DNA of 54,915 nt from a virus (taxonomy: Duplodnaviria > Caudoviricetes). The translations under genes were made by a program, and so were the position numbers. Shown here one piece after another: positions 44,550 through 53,446 of the stretch. The notes beneath the pieces were generated by a model. That model saw only the letters and a program-made list of their open reading frames with translations, searched no databases and had not been told where the DNA came from. Every line of letters starts with the position of its first letter. Position 1 is the stretch's first letter. The stretch is from positions 1 through 54,915 of the IMG/VR virus record IMGVR_UViG_3300025115_000013, one strand, 5' to 3'.

Positions 44550-45545
44550 TGTTATCAGCCTGAGACTAGAGCTAATACGTTAGACCTTGCGCCGACGATT
44601 ATCACAGCCTTGCGAGCTGCTTTCCGCCCTCTTCCACCATAATCATATAGTAGTCCAACATCGCTGCCTTTTTATACTAGTGGCGTTTCTAGTGTAATGT
44701 ATGACTACTCGGTCTTCTGTCTACCGCCAACCTTGCGGGCTGTGCAGGGCATGACCCCTTACGTGCAACTTCTTACCAACATCCTCTACCTTGCGAGCTT
44801 TGGATGACTCCGTTACCTTGCGGCCGGAGCATTAAGCGATTTTCACCATACATCAGGAACGACTTTGCGTTTGTGTATAAATGGTTGGAATTGAACCAAC
44901 TGCATTCTTCTTAAAAGGAAGACGCTCTACCATAGAGCAACATTTGCAACCTACCTCGAAGAGCGTTCCTTGTTGCTTCATATCCTTTTAGGATACAAAA
45001 TACAACTCTCCGAATACCTTTTGCCTGCCGGCTACTCAGTCGTCTTTCTGGATTAGTGTCCTGTACGCTTGCGCGAGGCCATAAACCCATAAAACTGCAC
45101 AACAGCCTTTCCTTGCGGGGTTGGACCGTTGCACTACCCTTTCTCATACCTGCTAATTAGTTGGTTTGCTAGTGAAGTCAGCACCACCTGTTACTTTCCA
45201 TCTGCTCAAGTTCCCATTGATGCAATCTCAGGCTTGTAAGCAAACGTTCTTTCCACTAACTCTAACTTTACAGTTAGCCCCACCCGTCTTTTAAGTGAGG
45301 CCTGCGTCGCCGCAGTGAGCTGGCTTGCTTAAATGGACCATTACTGGCGCAAGTGCGTAGGCTTCCTTGCTTTGGGCACCTCACGGTGCTTACCCTAATG
45401 ACGTTAAGCCGCCAAAACTCTACAACTTAAAACTTGTTTGCTGAGCTGCATTGCCCAAACCGGGAATCACACTCTTATCCGCTTGACTCAGTTGCTGTAT
45501 ATCTCTATACATGCTCACTATCGTGATACCGAATCAAGTTTCAGC
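44550..45545 (-). ncRNA. large structured ncRNA, GOLLD-like
   Basis: ~1 kb, GC-elevated, no credible ORF, at least 7 CGCAAG tetraloop motifs, inside tRNA array, embedded tRNA; boundaries approximate. Confidence 0.6.
44876..44947 (-). tRNA. tRNA-Lys(TTT) embedded in large ncRNA, no CCA
   Basis: GCTCT-ATGGT-AGAGC D arm, TCTTC-CTTTTAA-GAAGA, GTTGG-TTCAATT-CCAAC. Confidence 0.72.
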
Positions 45546-45552
45546 AAATTCT

Positions 45553-45629
45553 TGGTTGCGGAGGCAGGATTCGCACCTGCGATCTCCGGGTTATGAGCCC
45601 AGCGGGGACGGCTTCTCCCCTACTCCGCG
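45553..45629 (-). tRNA. initiator tRNA-fMet(CAT)
   Basis: C1:A72 mismatch, three G-C pairs in anticodon stem, CCA. Confidence 0.9.
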
Positions 45630-45634
45630 TCAAA

Positions 45635-46930
45635 TTCTTCTCTACGCTCCCCGCCGATATTCTCACCGGGCTTACTTGGTGTATCCTGTGCTCTGTCACA
45701 GTTACATAGAGTCAAGTCAACTTCTTTGATATGCTGTCTCTTCCCTTTTCCTTGTCTTACGGTCCAAGAGTTAGACCATCGCAGTGTCAATTCCGGTACA
45801 ATGAATGATCAATTTGACCAAGCAATGAATTGCCAATCAGGCAGCATATCAAAAACTTTGAGTGGTAACAATAGCGCAGTACAGACTACGATCTCTTACT
45901 GACCCTTTTAAAGAGGCAGTCGTCTGATTTATTCATAGCATGTATTATTCTGACCTGAACCTATTACCAGTTCAACTCTACTATAACCACATTTATTCAC
46001 ACTCAAGGAGGAGTCGAACCTCTTTATAGTCTACGGCTTTTATTTTCCAGGCCCTGCTAGCTAGACAGGCACTGAATGTGAATAAATGTGGTGTCGGTCT
46101 AAGGGATCTATCTCCGACAGTACAGAATTGATTTCAACCACCCTGCGCAGGTTGTCCACTCATTTGTGTCCCTGGCGCATCTGCATCTAACCACATTTAT
46201 TCACACTCCCAGAGAGTTATCAAATTTCTCTGTAACATTTGGATGCATCGAGGGTAATTACTCCTCTCAACCGTCTCCACCGAATGCTGGCGGTTATTAG
46301 ACAGAAATGTGAATAAATGTGGCGTCATATCGTTACCGGTCAGGGCTATTGTCTGACTTCGCATTCTACTAAACATCGATGACCACTTGTGACTAGCAAG
46401 CGTCTAACGATGGAGTTCAAATGCTACTTACCACAAATATAATGGCTTAGCAAGTCTCCTGGACTTTGTATAATGACGCACCATTAACCATATACAATTG
46501 GTGTGCCGTCTCCCGACGGGGTAATAATGTTTGTCAGAATGTTCTCCATAGTCCCGAATCGAACGGGATTATCTGCAAGACAATAGGGTATCCGTACCCT
46601 GGAACATTACGTTGTCGCCTACTGACAAATTCTTGATGATTCTTCTTACCTACCATCACCACCGAGTGGCTAGGCTTCTTAGGGCCAGGAATCTATCATC
46701 AACCTACATCCTAAAGTGATTTCGTCAGTTCTAATCGTTTTGCGAACCAGGCATGGACTCGTAAAATCACTTTAGGATGTCCCCTTGGCATTGCACCAAG
46801 GGATCCTTTGTTTATCGCTACCATCTTTCACTCCACATAAGGAGATCCATACTCCGGTAGGCCGCCCTTTTGCAGGATGTTTTTTTTGGTGCCCTGCGGG
46901 ACTGCGTTCCCCATTAACACCGACCTACTC
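45635..46930 (-). ncRNA. array of helix-closed small structured RNAs
   Basis: long terminal inverted repeats at 45725-45853, 45986-46092, 46190-46322, 46530-46629, 46633-46702, 46706-46780; no credible ORF. Confidence 0.6.
45986..46322. repeat. CCACATTTATTCACA helix used twice (four arms)
   Basis: same inverted-repeat pair closes two different inserts. Confidence 0.85.
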
Positions 46931-46994
46931 TACTACAAATCTCGTCGCTGTTTTTAACTACTCCTTATAACTTGTTGCGTTAATCAGTTTTCGT

Positions 46995-47022
46995 ATTATA
47001 CAGCTTTAAATTTCCTTGTCAA
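46995..47022 (-). promoter_or_regulatory. sigma70 promoter at head of RNA island
   Basis: GG-TTGACA-N16-TATAAT. Confidence 0.8.
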
Positions 47023-47172
47023 CCACTTTCTGAACTTCTTTGCGTGCTTCTTGTAACTGTTTGATTCTACTAACTTTACTTGCTATATACTGTTCAAGCA
47101 TTGCGTCGTTGAGTTCAAACTCACCGCGAGCTGCCCGATCGTTTACTTCTTTGCATATACATTTACTGTGCA

Positions 47173-47586
47173 TTATTTCTTATCCATTCCCAATATTCTG
47201 TTACACTCATCATTCTCTCCCTTATACTTGTCTAAATTCCGAATCGAACTAGTTAGGATTTCTACATTATCTTCACCATATCCAATTAAAGAATTACATT
47301 TTTGGCACAACAACCCACGAACTTTTCCAGTAGCGTGGCAATGATCAACTGCTAATGACCTTTTTAGAGTAGTCTGATGCTTACTGCATATTGCACAGCA
47401 TCCTTTTTGCTCGTTAAACATCGCATTGTACTGGTCTGGAGATAAACCGTAATATTTTTTAAATTGCTATTCCTTGAATAAACACTGGCCTTTCTTTTTT
47501 TCTTCTACTGTCCTGCAAGGGTTACATCGAAATTGATTTGTCCCTGTTTTCTTAAACTCATTACCACAATCTCTACAAATGTTCAT
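47173..47586 (-). pseudogene. endonuclease VII-family homing endonuclease, interrupted (in-frame TAG or two compensating A-run indels)
   Basis: CAIC, LAVDHCHATGKVRGLLCQKCN; upstream CRDC..CNPC in same frame across one TAG. Confidence 0.75.
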
Positions 47587-47603
47587 AATTTATATCTCTA
47601 AAT

Positions 47604-47688
47604 AAAAAACCCGGAGTGTTTAGTTCCGGGTTCCGTTTGCTTATTTGCTGTGGGTTAGCGTTTAACTAGTGCTACCCTCCCGGAACCC
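47604..47688 (-). terminator. terminator/antiterminator pair (attenuator)
   Basis: AACCCGGA-N9-TCCGGGTT-TTTT; competing helix GGGTTCCG (47681-47688)/CGGAACCC (47628-47635). Confidence 0.75.
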
Positions 47689-47820
47689 CAATGTTTTAAT
47701 CTCATATCCACGATCACTATTGCGACTTACATTAGACCATAAACCGAGATCACATAACGGCATAAAGCCTGGCTGTGTGGCAGGTGATGTTCTAAACGAA
47801 TGTAGTGCTATATGTGTCAT
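47662..47820 (-). CDS. putative leaderless attenuator leader peptide (52 aa, all 20 amino acids)
   Basis: MTHIALHSFRTSPATQPGFMPLCDLGLWSNVSRNSDRGYEIKTLGFREGSTS; ATG 7 nt after the -10 box. Confidence 0.6.
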   Translation of the reverse strand: MTHIALHSFRTSPATQPGFMPLCDLGLWSNVSRNSDRGYEIKTLGFREGSTS

Positions 47821-47827
47821 GTTTGAA

Positions 47828-47856
47828 AGTATATTACCTTAATTGTTTTACGTCAA
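47828..47856 (-). promoter_or_regulatory. sigma70 promoter of leader peptide
   Basis: GG-TTGACG-N17-TATACT. Confidence 0.75.
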
Positions 47857-47922
47857 CCACTTTTGGTTAACTATATTTTTACTTATACAGCTATTAAAAA
47901 ACCTGGCTAAAATGTGGTATTT

Positions 47923-49494
47923 TTAACGCTTTTCTCTTGTGTGACCTTTTACTGTATCAACTTTAGTAGTTTGTGCTCTTTTAGGACGGATGTCAACTGA
48001 TGCCCCGGAAGCAATTTGTTCAATCTTATCGTTGATTGCTGCTACCCTCTTGTTACTTGCTACTTCTTTTTCTGCGGTCTTGCTTGCATTTTTGGTTGGG
48101 CTGTACCCAAACGCCATCTTTCCATTAGTGCCAGTAGCAAAATATACTTTGCCTGGATCAAGGACAATTGCTCCTTCAAAATTTGGTGGATACAACGATG
48201 TTAGTTTAGTTGCCACCGCGTTATTGCCTTTTTTACCAACAGTTAGGTAAACCTGGATAACTGGACTAGCATTCACAAACTTAATACACATTTCTCCGAA
48301 CTTTGGATCAGAGTTAATGTCGGCAGCAACAATCTTTGCTAATCCTGCCAGTGCATGATAACCGACACTATAACCCGGCTTCGCTTCCGGATTAAGTAAG
48401 CCCATTAAATGGTCAAGCTCTTTCTTGTCTGCTGCTGTGAGCGAGGTTGCTTGATTTAAAGTTTTTACCCCTGATTTAATCAATTCAAGTATTTTGGTGC
48501 CAACACGCTGCGAGATCATACCTCGCTTTGTGGCATACTTTACAGGAAACTCTACTGATGATGCTGCGCTAATCTCGTCAAGGATCGCTATTTGGTCAGC
48601 ATACTTTGTGATCATCTTCTTTTGTGTCGATGTACCTTTTTCTTTAACATAGTCGATACCATCATACACGTTCTTAATACTTGCTTTAGCACCCTTCTTA
48701 CCCTTACTGCTAATGCCTACTTCAATACCATCCTTAATTACAAAGCTATCTACTAACCCGTTAGTCTTAGAATCTGGGAAAATAATCTGTGAGCCTTTCC
48801 AGTCATCGCCACCTAACACATCTTTGCGGGCTGCTTCTGCCCCCTGGTCTGTAATCATTCCTAACACAAGGGCAATAGGAGCAATAATTTCACCTAGGTC
48901 ATCCTGAATAGCAGGGATCATATCTGCTTTACCTTCAAACACTGGCATCTGTCCGCCTAACAGCATTTGTAAACCAGGTAATAAATCTTTTACCTTGTCT
49001 TTACCTTGTAACGCACTAACAATCTCAAGCGGGCTGTTAAATATTGAGTTAGGAGCAAATAAGTCAGTAGGTTTTAACCCGTGACTTGACTTAATGCTCG
49101 ATCCTTTAGTTAATTGCCAATCTCCTGGTAAGTCGTTGTTCTTCCATTGGCCAGCCATGTCTGTGCTAATTTTCTTAAAGAATCGACAAACGTAAACCCC
49201 ATTGCCGTCATTGTCAGTTAGCGTTAAGATCGCAAACGCTTTTGTACCTGCATTTGGGGTATTTACATATTGGATACCCGGGTAATTAATAACAATCTTC
49301 TGCGCTTCTGTTGCTAATTCGTTGTAATCTTCATACTCACCCGGCATACCCGGAAAATATTCAACCTTCTGGAAGGTTAATACATCGTCTGGATTACTCT
49401 TACTAAAGAATGTGTCTCCTTGATCTCTGTAAAGAAGACCACGGGATGCTTCGGTTAACGTTATTTTTTCAAGTTTGTTCAGGATATCACGCAT
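47923..49494 (-). CDS. hypothetical late protein, possible PD-(D/E)XK fold
   Basis: 523 aa; ATAAATA upstream; LGE..LVDS..ISSKG pattern. Confidence 0.5.
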   Translation of the reverse strand: MRDILNKLEKITLTEASRGLLYRDQGDTFFSKSNPDDVLTFQKVEYFPGMPGEYEDYNELATEAQKIVINYPGIQYVNTPNAGTKAFAILTLTDNDGNGVYVCRFFKKISTDMAGQWKNNDLPGDWQLTKGSSIKSSHGLKPTDLFAPNSIFNSPLEIVSALQGKDKVKDLLPGLQMLLGGQMPVFEGKADMIPAIQDDLGEIIAPIALVLGMITDQGAEAARKDVLGGDDWKGSQIIFPDSKTNGLVDSFVIKDGIEVGISSKGKKGAKASIKNVYDGIDYVKEKGTSTQKKMITKYADQIAILDEISAASSVEFPVKYATKRGMISQRVGTKILELIKSGVKTLNQATSLTAADKKELDHLMGLLNPEAKPGYSVGYHALAGLAKIVAADINSDPKFGEMCIKFVNASPVIQVYLTVGKKGNNAVATKLTSLYPPNFEGAIVLDPGKVYFATGTNGKMAFGYSPTKNASKTAEKEVASNKRVAAINDKIEQIASGASVDIRPKRAQTTKVDTVKGHTREKR

Positions 49495-49503
49495 AATATG
49501 TAT

Positions 49504-50241
49504 TTATTGCCGTTCTATATCTTCTTCTACGCACAGCTCTCCAAGTTGTATTTCAATAATATGCAAGCAACTATCTCCTGCATTAGTAAGTTTATGCCAT
49601 TGATTTTTCTCTATATGCAAACTTTGCCCAACAGTTATAGAGACCGTTTGTTTATTGTTTAATAGAACGTGTGCAGTACCATGTACTACAAACCATATTT
49701 CACTGCGATGTTTATGCCGCTGGTTACTTAACGACTGGTTATGCTCAACTTTTAACTCTTTAACTTTTGCTTCCGGAAACTCACGAAGCACTTCCCACGA
49801 ACCCCACGGCCTCATTGTGTGCTGCTCTTTCCAGCTGCGGAGAATCCAACTGCTAGAGTTTTGTTTAATGTTTCCTCCTATACCAAAAACAAACTCTACA
49901 CCCTCAATATCCATTTCTGGTACATTTGCTACGTTCCGGTCGCCGCCGTTAGCAAAAATAATAGTGTCGTTTGGGTATTGTGCTTTTAGCTTCGTTAGTG
50001 CATCTCTAGCAGTATTATCGTCATCGTCAAACTCAATAACATCGTTAACACACTTAAACTCTCGCAGCACTGCTTCTCGTTCTGCATAAGGCATAAAAGG
50101 CTTACCTTTTTTACGGGTAAGCCATTTGTCGCTGTTTAGGGCAACTATTAAATAATCCCCTAACTTACTTGCGGCTTGCAAAAAAGATATATGGCCACTG
50201 TGAACTGGGTCCATGCCCCCTGAGCAAACTACAATACGCAT
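49504..50241 (-). CDS. cytidylyltransferase-like/cupin (type II mannose-6-P isomerase-like) fusion
   Basis: GGMDPVHSGH, ANGGDR, RPWG, LSNQRHKHRSEIW, HKLTN, EDIER. Confidence 0.87.
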   Translation of the reverse strand: MRIVVCSGGMDPVHSGHISFLQAASKLGDYLIVALNSDKWLTRKKGKPFMPYAEREAVLREFKCVNDVIEFDDDDNTARDALTKLKAQYPNDTIIFANGGDRNVANVPEMDIEGVEFVFGIGGNIKQNSSSWILRSWKEQHTMRPWGSWEVLREFPEAKVKELKVEHNQSLSNQRHKHRSEIWFVVHGTAHVLLNNKQTVSITVGQSLHIEKNQWHKLTNAGDSCLHIIEIQLGELCVEEDIERQ

Positions 50242-50993
50242 TAATCCTCTACCATGTAAAAATTCTGATCAACCCACGGAAAAATTAAATCCTCTTGTCG
50301 AACATAATTAAACTTTGTAATAGACTTAACAATCGAGTCATGAACCATATCTTTTTCAATTAGATCAAACCAAGTAACTTTCTCTGGAGAGACCATTACT
50401 TCACCGGTCTTGTAAGTTACGATGTTAATCCACGGGTCACCTTTTACTTTGTACACGTACAAATCTTTAGCATCGAACCCAGTAACACCTAACATATATA
50501 ACATCGTTAACACATTATGATTGTAAAATACATGGTTATAGCTTCTTGTAACCAACCTGTTATTCAGATAGCTGGTTAATTGAGGGAACGACAACACTAA
50601 CATTGCGTTAGTGTTCATATTTTTGTTCCAATTTTGCAATGTTAAGATAGGATTTAACGCATATTGGAAACTATCATGAGACCACATAATGTCAATCTTA
50701 CGAGGAGTAATCATAGTCTCAAAGTTATCTTCGAGTACTGTTACATTAGGCGGCAATATTGCGCGATCAATCTTAGATCCGTCCTTATCTACTGCAAACA
50801 CCGAGTAGTTTCTCTTAATAGGAGGATCATCTCGTGATTCACACTCTGCCCACCATTTGCTATCTACCCCTGCACCACAACCCATATCGCAGACAGTAGT
50901 AACACTATCCATAAACGAATCATAGCAATAAATTAAGTCAAGGATCCGTAAACTGTGATCATGACTAGCATATCGATCTTTAAATAAGTCCAT
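50241..50993 (-). CDS. class I SAM methyltransferase
   Basis: VCDMGCGAG, AVD, WSHDSFQY. Confidence 0.75.
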   Translation of the reverse strand: MDLFKDRYASHDHSLRILDLIYCYDSFMDSVTTVCDMGCGAGVDSKWWAECESRDDPPIKRNYSVFAVDKDGSKIDRAILPPNVTVLEDNFETMITPRKIDIMWSHDSFQYALNPILTLQNWNKNMNTNAMLVLSFPQLTSYLNNRLVTRSYNHVFYNHNVLTMLYMLGVTGFDAKDLYVYKVKGDPWINIVTYKTGEVMVSPEKVTWFDLIEKDMVHDSIVKSITKFNYVRQEDLIFPWVDQNFYMVED

Positions 50994-51445
50994 TATACTG
51001 TAATATCTTCCATTCCGGCTGTTCTAAGCTTCACAATGTGACCAAGCATCCACTGCTTGTTCTCAAGCCCTTTTAATACTCCTAAATACTTATTCCGTAG
51101 CAAAGCTACTTCATTAATCAGGGTTTCGTAGTCGATTACTTCTTGTTCGCCCTCGGCATACTTTTCGGCATCACGCGAAGTGAGTGCTCTTGGGTAGTTT
51201 TCAAGAAACTTTTGGAAATGTTTCTTCTTAATTGCCCGCAACTGTATGTTAAGGTGATTTAGTACCGCCTCAATTTCTTGTAGTTGGTTAAATCGATGCT
51301 CGGTTATTCCGGGCATTGCAGTGATGTTTTTCTCTACATTGCCAAACACTTTAACATCTTTTTTAGCAACTTCCAGTTCTTGGTCATAATAAGACACAAA
51401 CGCTGGAAGATTGCTTAAATCACTAACAACTTTATTATACCACAT
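50993..51445 (-). CDS. uvsY: UvsY-like recombination mediator
   Basis: FLENYPRALTSRDAEKY, KGLENKQWMLGHIVKLRTAG; near uvsX. Confidence 0.85.
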   Translation of the reverse strand: MWYNKVVSDLSNLPAFVSYYDQELEVAKKDVKVFGNVEKNITAMPGITEHRFNQLQEIEAVLNHLNIQLRAIKKKHFQKFLENYPRALTSRDAEKYAEGEQEVIDYETLINEVALLRNKYLGVLKGLENKQWMLGHIVKLRTAGMEDITV

Positions 51446-51669
51446 TAGTCATCAAATTCGATATCGTCATCTGAGTCATCACTGATATACTCTTCAGCAG
51501 CCTTAGTTAAAAACTTGTCAGTTGACGCAAACTCTTTTAAGTCTGCATCGCTTAACATGTCAACCGCAGTCGACATTACATTGTCGGCAGCGGCTTGGCG
51601 ATCCTTAGAAGGAATATACTCTTTAAGACTCAAATACATTTCAGACAAAACTTCAACATCGATTGACAT
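51445..51669 (-). CDS. small acidic hypothetical protein
   Basis: 74 aa between uvsX and uvsY. Confidence 0.6.
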   Translation of the reverse strand: MSIDVEVLSEMYLSLKEYIPSKDRQAAADNVMSTAVDMLSDADLKEFASTDKFLTKAAEEYISDDSDDDIEFDD

Positions 51670-51671
51670 AG

Positions 51672-52760
51672 TTACTCTCCTTTGTGCTCAATTGCACTCT
51701 CCGTACTTATATCTTCCGGAGTAGGTTCGTATTTTTCGCCATGGTCAGATATGTCTTTCATTGCGATAGTTAGGCCGTCTTTCTCGTTTTTCTCCCAAGC
51801 CTTACGGAACTGCTTAATCACTTCGCCGTCGTGGGTTGTATAAACAAGGCTATTGCCTTCCTTCTTTAGCATACCTTTTGCTTCAAACAAGTCAACCAGT
51901 CCACTGTATGGACTCATACCAGTTTCGTACGGGATTTCAACTTGAACAGACTCAAATGGTTTTGCATAACGTGTTTTCATGATCTTACAGGCTGCACGAA
52001 TGCCGTTCACTGTAGTAGTCTTATTGCCATCTGCGTCAGTCTTTAGCTTCAACTTACGCATTGCTACGACGATAGATGATGCGTAGATAAACCCTTGACC
52101 ACCGCTAATCTTATCGTCTGGGTCGAACATATCTTGCGATGCGTATGTGTGGTTAGTTGCTACTAGGCCAACGTTGTGGCTACCAAACATATTAACGCAG
52201 TTACGAACTAGTGCTGTTAGTGCTTTAGGCTTACGGCCCATATCACCCTTCATCTCACCTGCTTCAAATTGATTTACGTCAGTTGGGGTAAGCAACATAC
52301 CTAGTGAGTCAATAACAAACAGCACCTTTGGACGAACTGCGTCATCCATTGCTTTGTACTCTTTCATGAACTCACTAATAGTTTTAGCTACGTCGTCGAT
52401 CATAGCCATGTTCATCTTCATTAGCTTTTCTTCGCTAGTGTCAACTCCTAACGCATGTAGCCAGGATTCATCTAGTGCGTTTTCGCTGTCGATCAACACC
52501 GGTAAAATACCTTGCTCTTGTGCGTGACGAATTAGGTTACCTGAACAAATATACGATTTTCCTGCGCCAGATTCACCTGCAAACACCGTAACTTTACCTA
52601 GCGGTACACCTTTGTCGAAAGACCCCGATATCAAATAATTTAACGCAAAGTTCCCAGTTGATATCCAATCAGTTGGGTCTGAGAATCCAAACGAGATGCC
52701 GTCAATACTCTTAGTTAAAGCTTTTCTAAATTTACTCACATCAAATGGTCGATTAGCCAT
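51672..52760 (-). CDS. uvsX: UvsX/RecA recombinase
   Basis: GESGAGKS, IDSENA, VIDSLG, NHTY, SGG. Confidence 0.95.
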   Translation of the reverse strand: MANRPFDVSKFRKALTKSIDGISFGFSDPTDWISTGNFALNYLISGSFDKGVPLGKVTVFAGESGAGKSYICSGNLIRHAQEQGILPVLIDSENALDESWLHALGVDTSEEKLMKMNMAMIDDVAKTISEFMKEYKAMDDAVRPKVLFVIDSLGMLLTPTDVNQFEAGEMKGDMGRKPKALTALVRNCVNMFGSHNVGLVATNHTYASQDMFDPDDKISGGQGFIYASSIVVAMRKLKLKTDADGNKTTTVNGIRAACKIMKTRYAKPFESVQVEIPYETGMSPYSGLVDLFEAKGMLKKEGNSLVYTTHDGEVIKQFRKAWEKNEKDGLTIAMKDISDHGEKYEPTPEDISTESAIEHKGE

Positions 52761-53446
52761 TATTTTTTTCCTTTATGTTTACAATTACTACCATGCCAAC
52801 GAGTGTAATTTGATTTAGATATATTTAACAAACCACAATGTTCACATGTTCTTCTATTTTCAAGTTTAGCACTCCAATGATTGTCACCTTTAAATTTTTG
52901 TTTGACTTCTAGACGATGCATAACATTTTTCTCGCCAATTTGATACACATGGGCTTTTCCTTTATGAGAAGCACTTATTTTAGCTGCATTCTCTGGACGT
53001 TTATTAGGGTGGTTGTTACCTTGTATAGTAGGACGTTTTTGTCCTTTTTGAGGGTGAGTTTTTCCATTTAAATTAGCAGTCCAGTGCTTATCTCCTGTTG
53101 TTAATTCATGATTCTTCTTAGCAATTACTGGATCCTTCATTGGATTCTCAGCATCTCTCTTAAATTTTGCTTTTCCTGTACCATTATTGCGGTTAAAACT
53201 TTCAGGGTCAGTTGCAGCATTTAACAGAGTAAGATACAATTCCTCAAGATTTCGTATATACTCAGAAGGGCCAATCACTAATATGTCTCTAACCCATTCG
53301 ATTCGATTTTCGAATATCATTGGCTTTACAATTTTGTTGGAACAGATATATCCGTCGTCTGGATGACAACCAATGGCTGTACGAGAACCCACATACCATT
53401 TTTTAGTCGGTATGTGAGTCCATCTATACAAATATGCCTGTTGCAT
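52760..53446 (-). CDS. GIY-YIG (Seg-like) homing endonuclease
   Basis: YLYRW..WYVGSR..YICS, FNRNNG, C-terminal CEHC..RWHGSNC. Confidence 0.8.
   Translation of the reverse strand: MQQAYLYRWTHIPTKKWYVGSRTAIGCHPDDGYICSNKIVKPMIFENRIEWVRDILVIGPSEYIRNLEELYLTLLNAATDPESFNRNNGTGKAKFKRDAENPMKDPVIAKKNHELTTGDKHWTANLNGKTHPQKGQKRPTIQGNNHPNKRPENAAKISASHKGKAHVYQIGEKNVMHRLEVKQKFKGDNHWSAKLENRRTCEHCGLLNISKSNYTRWHGSNCKHKGKK

Noticed and set aside
45986-46322. CRISPR array
   Set aside because: Repeats alternate in orientation, are only ~16 bp, inserts are 75-100 nt, and there are no cas genes in the window
38652-46970. Short ORFs across the large tRNA/ncRNA region (e.g. 40485-41355, 44911-45147, 46785-46970)
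   Set aside because: They overlap tRNAs or structured RNA and lack RBS and protein motifs
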